From assembly GCA_964605355.1 (NCBI GenBank), contig CAZSCE010000002.1:1-62659 (forward strand): DNA of 62,659 bases, written 5' to 3'. The notes beneath the pieces were generated by a model. The model saw only the letters and a program-made list of their open reading frames with translations. It was not told where the DNA came from and searched no databases. Source of the DNA: an uncultured Candidatus Saccharibacteria bacterium (lineage in GTDB: Bacteria > Patescibacteriota > Minisyncoccia > Phycocordibacterales > GWA1-40-21). Of the stretch, positions 60,414 through 62,659 are shown one piece after another. Within the stretch, counting starts at the first letter, position 1; every line of letters starts with the position of its first letter. The translations under genes were made by a program, and so were the position numbers.

Positions 60414-61511
60414 TTATATCTTAAATTCTATAGTATCACCATCTTTGACAATATATTCTTTACCCTCAGTTTTTACCCAACCTTTTTCCCGAGCAGTGCC
60501 ATATGAGCCGGCCTCTATCAGTTTTTGCCAAGGAATAACCTCGGCTCGCACAAATTTTTCCTTAAAATCAGCATGAATAGCAGTTCCAGCCTCTGGCGCG
60601 GTTGCACCCCTTTTTATAGTCCAGGCCCTAGTTTCGTCTTCTCCAGTGGTTAGATACGTCATAAGCCCTAAAAGGTCATATCCAGCCTTAATTAGGTCAT
60701 TTATACCATCATCTTTGACCCCTAGACCCTCACGCATCTCCTGTTTATCTGCCCCCTCCATTTCCTTCAGCTCATTCTCAATCCCGGCGTCCACAATCAC
60801 ATATTTAGAATTTGTCTCCTTAAAAAAACTTAAAAGATTAGTATAACGCTCATCCTTTATTTCATCTAGATTTTTTCCGCCAGATTTTTTATTCAACACA
60901 TATAAAATTGGCTTCATGGTTAAAAGGCAAAGTTTTTTAGCTTCTACAATTTCAAATTCATCCAGGCTAGCTACCTGAGCTAATTTCCCCGCTTCTAAAC
61001 AATCTTTTATTTTAGTCAAAGCCGAATTTTCTATCACCGCCACCTTGCTACCTTTTTTTATTTCACTAACTAGGCTCTGCAGACGCTTAGAAACACTTTG
61101 CATATCAGCTAAAATTAATTCTAGATTAATGGTTTCAATATCTGACAGTGGTTCCACTTTATTAGCCACGTGAATAATATTATCATCTTCAAAAACTCTA
61201 ATCACTTCAGCGATGGCGTCCGTCTCCCTAATATTTGTTAAAAATTTATTACCCAGGCCTTCACCAGCAGAAGCCCCTTTTACCAAACCAGCAATATCCA
61301 CAAATTCTACCGCGGCCGGAATAGTTTTAGCAGAATTAGAGAAACGGCTCAACGCGTTAAGCCGTTCATCCGGCACCGCCACCACCCCTACAGACGGATC
61401 AATGGTACAAAATGGGTAATTCTCACACGGCACCGCTTTTTTGGTCAGCGCGTTAAATAAGGTGCTTTTCCCCACGTTTGGTAGCCCCACAATTCCGATT
61501 GATAATGACAT
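60414..61511 (-). CDS. ychF: Ribosome-binding ATPase YchF
   Basis: GIVGLPNVGKSTLFNALT P-loop, DIAGLVKGAS and a C-terminal TGS/YchF domain (WTIKRGATAPEAGTAIHADF). Confidence 0.92.
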   Translation of the reverse strand: MSLSIGIVGLPNVGKSTLFNALTKKAVPCENYPFCTIDPSVGVVAVPDERLNALSRFSNSAKTIPAAVEFVDIAGLVKGASAGEGLGNKFLTNIRETDAIAEVIRVFEDDNIIHVANKVEPLSDIETINLELILADMQSVSKRLQSLVSEIKKGSKVAVIENSALTKIKDCLEAGKLAQVASLDEFEIVEAKKLCLLTMKPILYVLNKKSGGKNLDEIKDERYTNLLSFFKETNSKYVIVDAGIENELKEMEGADKQEMREGLGVKDDGINDLIKAGYDLLGLMTYLTTGEDETRAWTIKRGATAPEAGTAIHADFKEKFVRAEVIPWQKLIEAGSYGTAREKGWVKTEGKEYIVKDGDTIEFKI

Positions 61512-61638
61512 CCGCTGATTCTAGCAGATTTTGATATTTATTAACAGAGATTAAGCTTATTTTAAAAGCTTATTTACAAAATAGAATTGGCGTGCTAAAA
61601 GCGGACCGGTATGAGAGAGTGTTGAAACTATCTAATAT

Positions 61639-62646
61639 TTATTTTTTTGGTATAGATTTTTTGGGCAGTTTCTTGTTTTTAATTTCCAAATAAAAATTTA
61701 AAGTAACGGACCAAAAGATAAACATAGTTAAGGAAATAATAGCTAAAACAGTAATAATACTTCTGTTGGTAATGTGTAACCCGCTAATATTTAATGTATT
61801 AGGATTCATAACTTCTACATATGAAATATCAGATGAAGTGCTCATTATTCCATCAGATAAAATACTTCTAGCCCAAATTTTGTAATATCCGGAAATCACT
61901 GGGTTTCTATAAGTAAAATCAAAGCTACCGGAAGATTTGGTTTTTATTTGAGTAATTTCTGGATTACTTTTACCCTTCTGTATATATAAAAGTATCAGGC
62001 CGTTAGAAACACCATTACCATTAAAAATTAACTCTTCACCCTCCACCAGCTGATCAGGTAGATTTACAATAACCGGTATCTGAAAAAAATCCATTTGGAC
62101 CTCCTTAGTGGAGGTAGCAATAATTTTTGTTTCAATAATTGGCTTTTCCACAACTGGTGCGGCCTTATCAATTTTAATAATGGAATCAAATTTATTATTA
62201 AGAACGTTTGTGCCAATACCATCATTAGCTAGAACAGAAGCATTCATAACCGCTAATTTTACCTGGCCCACGGCTTTTGCTTTAAAAGTAATTCTTAATA
62301 TTGGACCGGTCACACCATTCCAACCTGGGGAATAAATACCCCCAGAAAAGTGGATATTACCGTTTATATTTGAATAACTGGGCTCCTCTGGCCAAATGGT
62401 AAAAATAGAATTAGAAAAACCAATACCCTGAACTGAAAGTAAATTATTATCAAAAGTAATATCTGCAGTAGCGGCGTTTATGGCAATACCCTGTGAGTCT
62501 GCATCAACTAAAACAGAAAATGTATCCCCCACCCGCACATCTTTACTTTCTGGGGCAATAAAAATAGTAGCGGCATTTGAGCAAAATGGTAAAGCCAGAG
62601 TGATCAAGGTGGATATTACAAATATTTTAATATTTTGAGATCTCAT
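61639..62646 (-). CDS. Cell-surface protein with cohesin-like N-terminal domain and C-terminal TM anchor
   Basis: Signal peptide. ATIFIAPESKDVRVGDTFSVLVDADSQGIAINAATADITFDNNLL resembles cohesin-type beta-sandwich domains common in CPR. C-terminal hydrophobic helix plus a KKLPKKSIPKK tail. Confidence 0.55.
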   Translation of the reverse strand: MRSQNIKIFVISTLITLALPFCSNAATIFIAPESKDVRVGDTFSVLVDADSQGIAINAATADITFDNNLLSVQGIGFSNSIFTIWPEEPSYSNINGNIHFSGGIYSPGWNGVTGPILRITFKAKAVGQVKLAVMNASVLANDGIGTNVLNNKFDSIIKIDKAAPVVEKPIIETKIIATSTKEVQMDFFQIPVIVNLPDQLVEGEELIFNGNGVSNGLILLYIQKGKSNPEITQIKTKSSGSFDFTYRNPVISGYYKIWARSILSDGIMSTSSDISYVEVMNPNTLNISGLHITNRSIITVLAIISLTMFIFWSVTLNFYLEIKNKKLPKKSIPKK

Positions 62647-62659
62647 ATTAGCTTGTCTT

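Noticed and set aside
1-62659. CRISPR arrays, tRNA or rRNA genes, IS elements, integrases and prophage structural genes.
   Set aside because: I found no regularly spaced direct repeats, no GGTTCGAATCC-type T-arm contexts and no transposase- or integrase-like ORF products on reading through the window. Absence by eye is not proof. tRNAscan and ISfinder would settle it.

Overview
This 62.7-kb window reads as chromosome from a small, AT-rich, streamlined bacterium. The protein architectures look most like Candidate Phyla Radiation/Patescibacteria: a DUF5671-type membrane protein, a cohesin-like surface protein, a sigma-region-4/HARE-HTH protein, shortened SMC/AlaRS/L13, and core genes without Shine-Dalgarno sequences. 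That placement is an inference. All product calls come from motif recognition by eye, and no searches or programs were run.

The backbone is ordinary housekeeping:
- trmD, rnhB, rpmF, nusB, rnc, smc, rnr, rpsP, alr, a DEAD-box helicase, rplI and rpmA.
- Six aminoacyl-tRNA synthetases (cysS, gltX, aspS, trpS, alaS, leuS).
- A mraY-ftsW-murG block, scpAB and grpE-dnaK-dnaJ.
- The infA-rpmJ-rpsM-rpsK-rpsD-rpoA-rplQ-rplM-rpsI block, plus mnmA, mltG and ychF.

I saw no tRNA, rRNA, CRISPR array, transposase or integrase.

The most unusual signal is a set of eight short GC-rich patches wedged into intergenic gaps.
- Seven are complete autonomous expression units. Each has a sigma70-type promoter, a strong Shine-Dalgarno sequence, one or two short foreign-looking ORFs and a perfect intrinsic terminator.
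- Cargo includes a Nudix protein, a ClpP-like peptidase, several Cys-rich or Zn-ribbon mini-proteins and unknowns.
- The eighth patch looks like a non-coding RNA gene.
- The units share promoter geometry, and two share an identical 11-nt start-site motif.

Other notable points:
- A Nudix domain is inserted into LeuRS, and another is fused to NusB.
- A T-box leader lies upstream of DUF1653-aspS.
- A GC-rich structured element with covarying 9-4-9 palindromes sits in front of dnaK.
- An ATP-cone/Mrr-like nuclease gene overlaps a Cas4-like nuclease gene.
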